Positions 6,997 to 14,747 of a DNA stretch of 64,000 nucleotides are shown one piece after another (position 1 is the first letter of the stretch; every line of letters starts with the position of its first letter). Below the pieces are notes generated by a model. It worked only from the letters and a program-made list of their open reading frames with translations. It ran no database searches and was not told where the DNA came from. This stretch comes from Candidatus Nealsonbacteria bacterium (GTDB lineage: Bacteria > Patescibacteriota > Minisyncoccia > Minisyncoccales > JANBVM01), in the NCBI GenBank assembly GCA_026016225.1, contig CP061210.1, positions 194,000 to 257,999 of the forward strand. Reading direction: 5' to 3'. Both the position numbers and the translations under genes were made by a program.

Positions 6997-8289
6997 ATGA
7001 AGTTCATTGCCGATTTCCATTTACATTCAAAATATTCAAGGGCTACTTCCCCAAAGATGGATTTGGAAAATCTTGAGGAATGGGCAAAGATAAAAGGAAT
7101 TAAAGTTTTGGGAACAGGAGATTTCACCCACCCTTTTTGGTTTAAAAACTTAAAAGAGAAATTAGAACCTGCAGAAAGCGGGCTTTTTAAGATTAAGAAC
7201 CACGCTTCGCGGAACCTTGATTCTCGCTCCGCTCGAATTAAAAACAGTAATACCGGGATCCGTTTTATTTTAAGCGCTGAAATTAGTTGTATTTATTCCA
7301 AAGGAGGGAAGGTCCGTAAAATTCATATTGTAGTTTTAGCTCCCTCTTTTGATATTGTTGAAAAAATTAATACCCGTTTGGAAGGAATTGGGAATTTATC
7401 TGCTGACGGAAGACCAATATTAGGATTAGATGCAAAAGAATTGTTAAAAATTGTTTTAAACATCTCAACAGATTGTTTGTTTGTTCCCGCCCATGTAATG
7501 ACTCCCTGGTTTTCTATTTTCGGTTCAAAATCTGGGTTTGATTCAATTGAGGAATGTTTTGAAGATTATTCTAAATATATTTTTGTTTTAGAGACTGGGC
7601 TATCGGCTAACCCACCAATGCTCTGGCGCATACCAGATGCTCAAAAAGCAATTTTAATATCAAATTCAGATGCTCACTCACCAGCTAATATTGGTAGAGA
7701 GGCAAATGTTTTTAATACGGAGATTAGTTATCCTGCTATTGTTGAAGCTATAAAATCAAGAGATTCCGAAAAGTTTCTTTATACCATTGAGTTTTTTCCT
7801 CAGGAAGGAAAGTATCATTACGACGGTCATAGAATGTGCGGTATCAGATTAGCTCCCGAGGAATCGAAAAAATATAACAATATTTGTCCTAACTGCGGCA
7901 GACCCTTAACAATCGGAGTTTTAAATAGGATAGAACAATTATCAGTTGAGCCGAAAGGTTTTAAACTAAAAGGAGCTATTCCTTTTAAAAGCTTAGTTCC
8001 TTTGAGAGAAATAATTGCCGAAGTCTTGGGAATGGGTGTTACTACCAAAGGTGTTGAAAAAGAGTATAAGTCTTTAATTGAGAATTTTGGTAATGAGCTT
8101 GAAATTTTGCTTAATACTTCTCATGATGAGTTAGAGAAAGTTACCTTGCCTGAGACTGCAGAAGGAATAATTAGGGTTAGAGAAGGAAAAGTTTTTGTAG
8201 AACCCGGTTATGATGGGGTTTATGGAAAAGTAAGAATTTTTTCTAAAGGAGAACAAGAGTCTTTATCTAAACAAGGAGTCCTTTTTTAA
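6997..8289 (+). CDS. endoQ: PHP-domain endonuclease Q (EndoQ / TIGR00375)-like protein
   Basis: 430 aa. N-terminal PHP motif DFHLHSKYSRATS, GKYHYDGHRMCG, and zinc finger CPNCGRPLTIGVLNRI. Size and layout match the EndoQ family. Confidence 0.55.
   Translation: MKFIADFHLHSKYSRATSPKMDLENLEEWAKIKGIKVLGTGDFTHPFWFKNLKEKLEPAESGLFKIKNHASRNLDSRSARIKNSNTGIRFILSAEISCIYSKGGKVRKIHIVVLAPSFDIVEKINTRLEGIGNLSADGRPILGLDAKELLKIVLNISTDCLFVPAHVMTPWFSIFGSKSGFDSIEECFEDYSKYIFVLETGLSANPPMLWRIPDAQKAILISNSDAHSPANIGREANVFNTEISYPAIVEAIKSRDSEKFLYTIEFFPQEGKYHYDGHRMCGIRLAPEESKKYNNICPNCGRPLTIGVLNRIEQLSVEPKGFKLKGAIPFKSLVPLREIIAEVLGMGVTTKGVEKEYKSLIENFGNELEILLNTSHDELEKVTLPETAEGIIRVREGKVFVEPGYDGVYGKVRIFSKGEQESLSKQGVLF
7191..7244. 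repeat. GC-rich repeat element inserted in frame in the EndoQ-like gene
   Basis: ATTAAGAACCACGCTTCGCGGAACCTTGATTCTCGCTCCGCTCGAATTAAAAAC. It shares ATTAAGAACCA, GAACCTTGATTC and CTCGCTCCGCTCG with the reverse complement of the 14473-14558 tandem units. Flanked by ATTAAGAAC / ATTAAAAAC. Confidence 0.7.
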
Positions 8290-8290
8290 A

Positions 8291-9208
8291 ATGACCATTG
8301 GTATTCCTCGAGCTTTAATACACTGGAAAAGACCCCATTTTTGGGAAGTTTTTTTTCATAATCTCGGTTTTAAGGTTTTACTCTCTCCTTTAACCAATAA
8401 AGAAATCGTGGAGGCAGGAGTAAAAATAGCTGACCCTGAAACTTGTTTTTCTACCAAGGTTTATTGGGGACACTTAGTGTGGTTAGATAATAAATGTGAT
8501 TTAATTTTTGTTCCCAGGTTAAAAACAAACGAAGAAAAACTTGAATACTGTCCTAAACTTTTTGCTTTACCTGATTTAGCAAAACTCTTAGTTAAAACTT
8601 CAATTTTAACTGAGACCTTTGACGAAAGAAAAGAAGAATTTAAAAAAAGCCTTGAGAAGTTGGGAAGAAAAATAAATAAAAAGAAAGGAGAAATAAAGAA
8701 AGCTGCGAAAATTGCTTTTTCAGAGGAGAAAAAATTAAAAGAGAAAGAAAAGCAAGATTTTTTTAAAAAAATAAAATCTAAAAAACCAAAAATTGTTTTA
8801 ATTTCTCATCCCTACAATTTATATGATGAATATGTTAATTTGAGGATAAAGGAGAAATTAGAAAAATTAGGGGTAGAATCAATATTTATTGAAGAAGTTA
8901 CTCTTAGTTCAAAGCTTCAGGCTACTTGTTCTCAACCTATTTTAGGAGTAAGGTTTCACTGGGAGTTTGGAAAAGAAATAATTGAAAAAATCCAAGAAAT
9001 ATTGAAATATGATATTACCGGAGCAATTGAACTCTCTTCTTTTGCTTGCGGCTGCGATGCGGTTTTAAAGGAATTTGTTGAAAAAGAATTTAAAGAAGCA
9101 AAAATCCCCTTTTTGTATTTAATAATTGATGAACATACCGGAGAAGCAGGCTTTCAAACAAGATTAGAAGCTTTTATAGATACCCTTCAGTTAATCATAA
9201 AAACATAA
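8291..9208 (+). CDS. acyl-CoA dehydratase activase-related protein (DUF2229-like)
   Basis: 305 aa. The N-terminal IGIPRAL...W..FF..LGF...S block and conserved Cys residues (ETCFSTK, EYCPK, SFACGCD) resemble the uncharacterised domain fused to BcrAD/BadFG activases. Confidence 0.5.
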   Translation: MTIGIPRALIHWKRPHFWEVFFHNLGFKVLLSPLTNKEIVEAGVKIADPETCFSTKVYWGHLVWLDNKCDLIFVPRLKTNEEKLEYCPKLFALPDLAKLLVKTSILTETFDERKEEFKKSLEKLGRKINKKKGEIKKAAKIAFSEEKKLKEKEKQDFFKKIKSKKPKIVLISHPYNLYDEYVNLRIKEKLEKLGVESIFIEEVTLSSKLQATCSQPILGVRFHWEFGKEIIEKIQEILKYDITGAIELSSFACGCDAVLKEFVEKEFKEAKIPFLYLIIDEHTGEAGFQTRLEAFIDTLQLIIKT

Positions 9209-9269
9209 AAGAATACAAACATAAAACATAGGAGTCTTAATTTATTTATACCCATTCTTAAATGTTTAT

Positions 9270-10349
9270 ATGAAAATACAAAAACCGAAAATAACTTTTG
9301 CTAGATGGGGGAATTATACTATTGCTTTTAAAACTCTCTTTAAGCAACTTGGCTTAGAGGTTATTTCTCCCGAGAAAACAAATTCCCAGACAATTGCTGA
9401 GGGAGCAAAATTAGCTCCCGAGATGTATTGCCTTCCTTTGAAGGTGAACATTGGGAATTATTTAGAGACAATAAGAAGGGGGGCTAACACAATTTTTATG
9501 GTTACTGCTCTTGGTGGTTCTTGTCGCTTGAGATATTATGGTGCAGTTCAAGATAAGGTTTTAAAAGAAGCAGGTTATAAAGTAGATTTCGTTATTTTTG
9601 ACCAGGATCCCAGAAATATTTATTCCAAAATAAAAGAAATTTCCGCAGCTTCTCCCTGGCAAATTTTTAAAGCAGCTAGATTTTTTTTCAAAAAATTGAG
9701 ATTTATTGAAAAACTGGAAAAGATGGTTCAATATTCCAGACCAAGGGAGATAGAAAAGGGAATGACCGATAAGTTATTAATTGAGACTTTTATGGAACTC
9801 GACAGGATAGAAAAAGAGAAAGATTATCCAAAATTTAAGAGAGAAGCTTTAAGAAAATTTTCAGAGATTAAAATTGAAAAAAATAAAGATATCCCAAAGG
9901 TTGGTTTGATTGGGGAAATCTATACGGTTTCTGACCCAATAATTAATTTTGAAGCAGAAAGAAAATTAGGAGAAGAAGGAATAGAAGTTCATCGGGAAAT
10001 GGATTTGACTTATCATTTAAAGAAAAAAATTTTTCCCTGGAAAGATTGGATAATACAAAAGAAAATAAACCCTTATTTAAAATCAACTGTTGGCGGACAC
10101 GGAAGAGATGCAATTTATGAGATGTTAGATTATGTGAAAAAGGGTTTTGATGGAGTAATTCATCTACTCCCGGCATTCTGCATGCCAGAGATAACAGTAA
10201 GGCCAATTTTGGAGAAGATTCACCAAGAAAGCGGTATTCCATTTTTATCATTATCATTAGATGAACAGGTGGCTGAGGCCGGAATAAATACCCGGCTTGA
10301 GGCCTTTGTAGATGTAGTGACAAATCATCACAAAAGCAAAAAATTATGA
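9270..10349 (+). CDS. 2-hydroxyacyl-CoA dehydratase (HgdB / D-component)-like protein
   Basis: 359 aa. EMYCLPLK, GGSCRLRYYG, PAFCMPE and the C-terminal DEQVAEAGINTRLEAF block, paralogous to the end of ORF 8291 (DEHTGEAGFQTRLEAF). Confidence 0.5.
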   Translation: MKIQKPKITFARWGNYTIAFKTLFKQLGLEVISPEKTNSQTIAEGAKLAPEMYCLPLKVNIGNYLETIRRGANTIFMVTALGGSCRLRYYGAVQDKVLKEAGYKVDFVIFDQDPRNIYSKIKEISAASPWQIFKAARFFFKKLRFIEKLEKMVQYSRPREIEKGMTDKLLIETFMELDRIEKEKDYPKFKREALRKFSEIKIEKNKDIPKVGLIGEIYTVSDPIINFEAERKLGEEGIEVHREMDLTYHLKKKIFPWKDWIIQKKINPYLKSTVGGHGRDAIYEMLDYVKKGFDGVIHLLPAFCMPEITVRPILEKIHQESGIPFLSLSLDEQVAEAGINTRLEAFVDVVTNHHKSKKL

Positions 10350-11317
10350 GAACATATTTAGGCATTGATGTAGGTTCCATTTCCACTAAATTGGTTTTAA
10401 TTAATGAAAAAAACCAGATTTTATATCACCTTTATATAAGAACTGAAGGAAACCCGATTTTAGCTGTTCAGAGAGGATTAAAGAACCTGAAAGAATATAT
10501 TAAAGATAATAGTTTAGAAATTGAAATAGCAGGAGTAGGAACTACGGGGTCAGCCCGCTATTTAGCAGGAGTAATTACTGGTGCTGATTTAATTAAGAAT
10601 GAAATTACTGCCCATGCTATGGGGACTTCTTTTTTAACTCCTGATGTTAGAACAATAATTGAAATTGGTGGTCAGGACTCAAAAATTATTATTTTAGAAA
10701 ACGGTGTAGCAGTTGATTTTGCCATGAACTTAATTTGTGCGGCAGGTACCGGGTCTTTTCTTGACGCCCAGGCTTTCCGCTTAAAGATTCCTATTGAGAA
10801 ATTTGGTGACTTAGCTTTGAAGTCAAAAAAGCCGACCAGCATCGGCTCGCGATGCACGGTATTTTGCGAGTCAGATATGATTCACAAACAGCAGATAGGT
10901 CATAAAATAGAAGATATTGTAGCTGGTCTTTGTCAGGGTCTGGCAAGAAACTTTTTAGCTAACGTAGCTAAGGGAAAGAATATTCAGCCCCCAATTATTT
11001 TTCTTGGGGGTGTTTCTGAAAATATGGGAATGAGAAAGGCTTTTGAAGATGCCTTACAACAAAAAATTACTGTTCCGCCATATAATACCGTAATGGGTGC
11101 TTTTGGGGTAGCTCTTTTAATAAAACAAAACCCGTCTCAAAAAACAAAATTTTTAGGTTTTGGAATTTCAAATAAAGATATTAAATGTACCTCATTTCAA
11201 TGCAAGGGTTGTCCTAATCATTGTGAGGTAATTGAGGCAAGAATAGATGGAAAAATCGTTGCTCGTTGGGGAGATAGATGCGGAAAGTGGTCGAATCTAA
11301 GCGTTACAGACTTATAA
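10346..11317 (+). CDS. BcrAD/BadFG-family ATPase (dehydratase activase, HgdC-like) with a C-terminal Cys-rich extension
   Basis: LGIDVGSISTK phosphate-1 motif, EIGGQDSK, CAAGTGSF and SRCTVFCESD cluster-ligand blocks. Extra CTSFQCKGCPNHCEV motif. Start overlaps the previous stop (ATGA). Confidence 0.75.
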   Translation: MRTYLGIDVGSISTKLVLINEKNQILYHLYIRTEGNPILAVQRGLKNLKEYIKDNSLEIEIAGVGTTGSARYLAGVITGADLIKNEITAHAMGTSFLTPDVRTIIEIGGQDSKIIILENGVAVDFAMNLICAAGTGSFLDAQAFRLKIPIEKFGDLALKSKKPTSIGSRCTVFCESDMIHKQQIGHKIEDIVAGLCQGLARNFLANVAKGKNIQPPIIFLGGVSENMGMRKAFEDALQQKITVPPYNTVMGAFGVALLIKQNPSQKTKFLGFGISNKDIKCTSFQCKGCPNHCEVIEARIDGKIVARWGDRCGKWSNLSVTDL

Positions 11318-11365
11318 TGAATCATTTAACTTGTTAAGGACCAAATTCAAAATTTTTCAAACTGA

Positions 11366-11387
11366 AAGCCGCAAAAAAGCGGTTTTT
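11366..11387 (+). terminator. terminator after the activase gene
   Basis: AAGCCGC-aaaaaa-GCGGTTT hairpin with a T-run, immediately followed by TATAAT (11392-11397). Confidence 0.5.
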
Positions 11388-11409
11388 GTTATATAATAGA
11401 AATAGAAAA

Positions 11410-12339
11410 ATGTATCCAAGCTACTTAAATTTATCTAAAGAGGATTTAAATCAGAGGATAGAAAAACTTTTTAAAGTTTTAGAAAATTGTGAGATTTGTC
11501 CAAGGAAATGTTATGTAAATAGGATAAAAGGAGAAAAAGGATATTGTCAATTAGATTTTCTACCAGTAGTTTCTGCTTTTCACCCCCATTTTGGTGAAGA
11601 AAGTCCTTTGGTTGGAAGGTTTGGTCCCGACTCATGGGCGAGTCGAGGCGGGTCTGGAACAATTTTTTTCACTTCTTGTAATCTATCTTGTGTTTACTGC
11701 CAAAATTATGAAATTTCTCAATTAAGAAGAGGAGAAGAAGTTTCTTTTGAAAGATTAGCAAAAATGATGTTAGAACTTCAAAATCGGGGCTGCCACAATA
11801 TTAATTTAGTTACCCCAACTCCTCAGGTTCCCCAGATTTTAAAATCGCTTTCAATAGCAATTAAGCACGGTCTTAAAATTCCTCTTGTTTATAATACCAA
11901 TTCTTATGATTCAATTGAGGTTTTAAAATTATTGGATGGAATTGTCGATATTTATATGCCAGATGTTAAATATTCTGATGATAAGATTGCTTTGAAATAT
12001 TCTAATGCTCCAAAATATTTCGAAATAATGAAAGAGGCTGTTAAAGAGATGCACCGGCAAGTTGGAGATTTGGTTTTAGACGAAGAGGGAATAGCTATAC
12101 GAGGTTTATTAGTCAGGCATTTGGTTTTACCCAATGATTTGGCAGGTTCTGAAAAGATTTTCAATTTTATATCCAAAGAAATTTCAGAAAACACTTTTTT
12201 GAACATTATGGATCAATATAACCCCAATTTTAAAGCGTATCAGTATCCTGAGCTTTCTTGGAGGATTACAGATAAAGAATATCAAATGGCAATAAAATTA
12301 GCCAAAGAAGCAGGCCTTAAAAGGCTTTATAGAAATTAA
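11410..12339 (+). CDS. radical SAM protein, PflX-like (COG1313) activating-enzyme homolog
   Basis: CEICPRKCYVNRIKGEKGYC N-terminal motif and CNLSCVYCQN (CxxxCxxC). ATG 11410 is preferred over the track start at 11386, which lies in the promoter. Confidence 0.7.
   Translation: MYPSYLNLSKEDLNQRIEKLFKVLENCEICPRKCYVNRIKGEKGYCQLDFLPVVSAFHPHFGEESPLVGRFGPDSWASRGGSGTIFFTSCNLSCVYCQNYEISQLRRGEEVSFERLAKMMLELQNRGCHNINLVTPTPQVPQILKSLSIAIKHGLKIPLVYNTNSYDSIEVLKLLDGIVDIYMPDVKYSDDKIALKYSNAPKYFEIMKEAVKEMHRQVGDLVLDEEGIAIRGLLVRHLVLPNDLAGSEKIFNFISKEISENTFLNIMDQYNPNFKAYQYPELSWRITDKEYQMAIKLAKEAGLKRLYRN
11623..11652. repeat. GC-rich hairpin element in frame in the radical SAM gene
   Basis: GGTCCCGACTCATGGGCGAGTCGAGGCGGG. 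Stem CGACTC (11628-11633) / GAGTCG (11640-11645) with a 6-nt loop. Encodes GPDSWASRGG inside the otherwise conserved G-x-GSGTIFF region. Confidence 0.55.
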
Positions 12340-12340
12340 A

Positions 12341-13387
12341 ATGAAAAATTCAAAGGTTAAAAATCAGTACTCCCTCTTTTTATTATTTGTATTATTATTT
12401 TTCTTTTCTATTTATTTTTTTGATTTTAATGCTGAAATAGATAGTCTTTATTTTAGAGTTATCTCTAGCCAATTAATAATACCAAAAAAGCCCTTAAAAA
12501 AACCTATAACTTTAATTTTTGTCGGCGATATAATGTTTGACAGAGGAATAGAACATATAATTTTAAAAGAGGGAAAGGGTGATTACAAATTTCCTTTTTT
12601 GAAAATCGCTGATTATCTAAAGGAGGCAGAAATCTTATTTGGAAATTTTGAAGGACCAATCTCAGACAAAGGAAGAAAAGTGGGCAGTATTTATTCTTTT
12701 AGGTCAAATCCTGAAACTATTAATGGATTAGTTTTTGCCGGCTTTGATGTTTTATCGATGGCTAATAATCATATTTTTGATTATGGAAGAGAAGCAATGG
12801 AAGATACATTTTTAAGATTGAAGAAAGCTGGAATAGATTATGTTGGGGCTGGATTTAATGAAAAAGAGGCTTATTCCCCAATAATAAAAGAAATAAATGG
12901 TTCGACAAACTTACCACAAGATAACACTAAGATTGCTTTTTTAGCCTATACTAATTTAGGTTCAGAATATTGGAAAGCAACAGATGAGAGGTCGGGAATT
13001 TCATGGTTAGAGAAAGAAAGAATGATAGAAGAAATAAAAAAAGCTAAAAATTTAGCTGATATAGTAATTGTTTCTTTTCATTACGGTGAGGAATATTTCT
13101 TAGAACCAACTTCTTTCCAAATCTCTATTAGCCAAACAGCAATTGATGCTGGAGTTGATTTGGTAGTTGGTCATCACCCCCATGTAATTCAGCCAATAAA
13201 GAAATACAAAAGTAGATACATAGCTTACTCTTTAGGAAATTTTATTTTTGACCAGGGATTTTCTGAAAAAACAATGAAAAGTCTCTTATTGAGAGTTATA
13301 ATCGAAGATAATGAAATAAAGGAGGTAACTCCAATTGAAATTAAAATTAACAAATTCTTCCAACCAGAGATTGCAAAAAAGCTTTGA
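12341..13387 (+). CDS. CapA-family (PGA_cap) metallophosphoesterase-like protein with an N-terminal membrane anchor
   Basis: 348 aa. VGDIMFDRG, MANNHIFDYG, VSFHYGEEY and VGHHPHV blocks are typical of the CapA/YwtB family. Confidence 0.7.
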   Translation: MKNSKVKNQYSLFLLFVLLFFFSIYFFDFNAEIDSLYFRVISSQLIIPKKPLKKPITLIFVGDIMFDRGIEHIILKEGKGDYKFPFLKIADYLKEAEILFGNFEGPISDKGRKVGSIYSFRSNPETINGLVFAGFDVLSMANNHIFDYGREAMEDTFLRLKKAGIDYVGAGFNEKEAYSPIIKEINGSTNLPQDNTKIAFLAYTNLGSEYWKATDERSGISWLEKERMIEEIKKAKNLADIVIVSFHYGEEYFLEPTSFQISISQTAIDAGVDLVVGHHPHVIQPIKKYKSRYIAYSLGNFIFDQGFSEKTMKSLLLRVIIEDNEIKEVTPIEIKINKFFQPEIAKKL

Positions 13388-13401
13388 TAGAGAAAAAAGA
13401 A

Positions 13402-14448
13402 TTATTTTGCTGGTAGCCAAACAATCAAATTTTCCTTTGTTTCAAACTTCCCATTAATAAATTTTTCAATTACCCAGATATTAGTTTTACAGTGACTTGT
13501 GATTTCTGAAACTGTAATCTGGGATTTTTTAGGAGATAAGGCTAAGTAGGCTAAAATTTGGTCACCTAAATGTTTATCCAGACAAGCTTTGCTTTTTTCT
13601 TCTTTTAATAATTCCAAAGCTGCTTCTTTACCAACATCTTCTGCTCTTTTTCCCAATTTCCCAAAATTATCAGTTCCAATAATCGTGTTTTCAAATTCGG
13701 CTATTAGAGAAATCTGACTGCCAGGACATTGGGGTTGATAATATTCTACTTTTTCCTCAATAGGCAATTTTAATTTCCCAAAAATTTCTCTTACCCCGGC
13801 AACTTGACGCTCTGCCACTTTTTTATTCCTTAATAATTCTGAAGCCCCGGAAATTACTGAAATTTTTTGAAGTTGACCTCTTTTAATTAAATGGAGTGGT
13901 TTTAATTTCGAAGGATAAATTTTCACCTCAACTTTTGCTCCACCTTCTGGATAGTAGCCTCTTTTTAAAATATTAATTTCTACTTTAACTCCCATTCTTT
14001 CTAATAATTTTAAAAAAACATATTGAAAATAATCAATAGTTGGTGAGAAAAAGGTATCGGTAGCACCACCATTGAAAGTAATTTTTATATATTTGGGAGT
14101 TTGCCCTGGGACTGTCGAATGGGCAAAAATAGAAGGAGGAATTAATGTTTGTAAAAGTAAAGTAATACTTCCTGCTGTTGGAATGTTAATTGAGATATGT
14201 TCTTGATAATTTGAGCCGGGATAGAATTTTATTTCAGTTGACCCTAAATAGTTGCCTTCCAATTTTCCATTACAAAAGTGGGCTAAAGCTTGAAGTCCTA
14301 AAAGATGCTGGTATCTCAAACCGGGCTTTGGTCTTTTTTTTCGAATATTAAAAACACGGCAATTTCTTTTAGTAATTGCTGCTAAAGCAGTTGCCACTCT
14401 CAATATAGCTCCACCGCCTTCATATTTTGAACCATCAAGTTCTAACAT
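13402..14448 (-). CDS. rtcA: RNA 3'-terminal phosphate cyclase
   Basis: 348 aa. MLELDGSKYEGGGAILRVATALAAIT..., RPKPGLRYQHL, and LLQTLIPP...GGATD are characteristic RtcA blocks. Confidence 0.8.
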   Translation of the reverse strand: MLELDGSKYEGGGAILRVATALAAITKRNCRVFNIRKKRPKPGLRYQHLLGLQALAHFCNGKLEGNYLGSTEIKFYPGSNYQEHISINIPTAGSITLLLQTLIPPSIFAHSTVPGQTPKYIKITFNGGATDTFFSPTIDYFQYVFLKLLERMGVKVEINILKRGYYPEGGAKVEVKIYPSKLKPLHLIKRGQLQKISVISGASELLRNKKVAERQVAGVREIFGKLKLPIEEKVEYYQPQCPGSQISLIAEFENTIIGTDNFGKLGKRAEDVGKEAALELLKEEKSKACLDKHLGDQILAYLALSPKKSQITVSEITSHCKTNIWVIEKFINGKFETKENLIVWLPAK

Positions 14449-14472
14449 ATTTCTAATATCTAATTTCCGGAG

Positions 14473-14558
14473 GAATCAAGGTTCTGCCGAGCGGAGCGAG
14501 GCATGGTTCTTAATTCGCAGAATCAAGGTTCTGCCGAGCAGAGCGAGGCAGGTTCTTA
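14473..14558. repeat. two tandem copies of a 47-nt GC-rich unit upstream of rtcA
   Basis: Unit GAATCAAGGTTCTGCCGAGC(G/A)GAGCGAGGCA(T)GGTTCTTA(attcgca). Unit 1 is 14473-14519 and unit 2 is 14520-14558. Each has a CTGCC...GGCAG hairpin flanked by GGTTCT direct repeats. Confidence 0.85.
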
Positions 14559-14612
14559 TATACTATTAGTTAATTTTAAATTAATTTTAAAAAAATAAAA
14601 AGAGAATTTTCT

Positions 14613-14653
14613 TAATTGTAGAACAATTACAAGGAGCGAAGCGACTGGTTTCC
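14613..14653. repeat. partial copy (right half) of the 59192-59261 palindromic element
   Basis: Hairpin TAATTGT-aga-ACAATTA followed by GGAGCGAAGCGACTGGTTTCC. This matches 59242-59261 over 20 nt with one extra T. Confidence 0.7.
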
Positions 14654-14686
14654 TAAAAAGATAATATCTATCGTTAATTGAAAACC

Positions 14687-14714
14687 TTGACAAGAATTCT
14701 CCTTTGGCTATAAT
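14687..14714 (+). promoter_or_regulatory. near-consensus sigma70 promoter
   Basis: TTGACA (14687-14692), 16-nt spacer, TATAAT (14709-14714). Confidence 0.6.
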
Positions 14715-14747
14715 GGAAAAATCCAAAATAGAGAACAAAATTAAAGT

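Noticed and set aside
9943-10386. 147-aa minus-strand ORF, plus many similar antisense ORFs in the track (for example 721-1026, 1916-2206, 16295-16633, 51927-52232, 54597-54953, 49090-49503, 62840-63109).
   Set aside because: Each lies entirely antisense to a gene with clear family motifs and has a low-complexity composition rich in F, L, S, I and K. They are shadow ORFs expected in AT-rich DNA.
11596-11606. GAAGAAAGTCC, resembling the RNase P RNA GAGGAAAGTCC signature.
   Set aside because: It lies inside the radical-SAM coding frame (GEESPL), with no surrounding RNase P helices. It is a chance match.
14473-14558. The tandem GC-rich repeats considered as a small CRISPR array.
   Set aside because: There are only two directly abutting units with a 7-nt linker, no unique spacers of spacer length, and no cas genes in the window.
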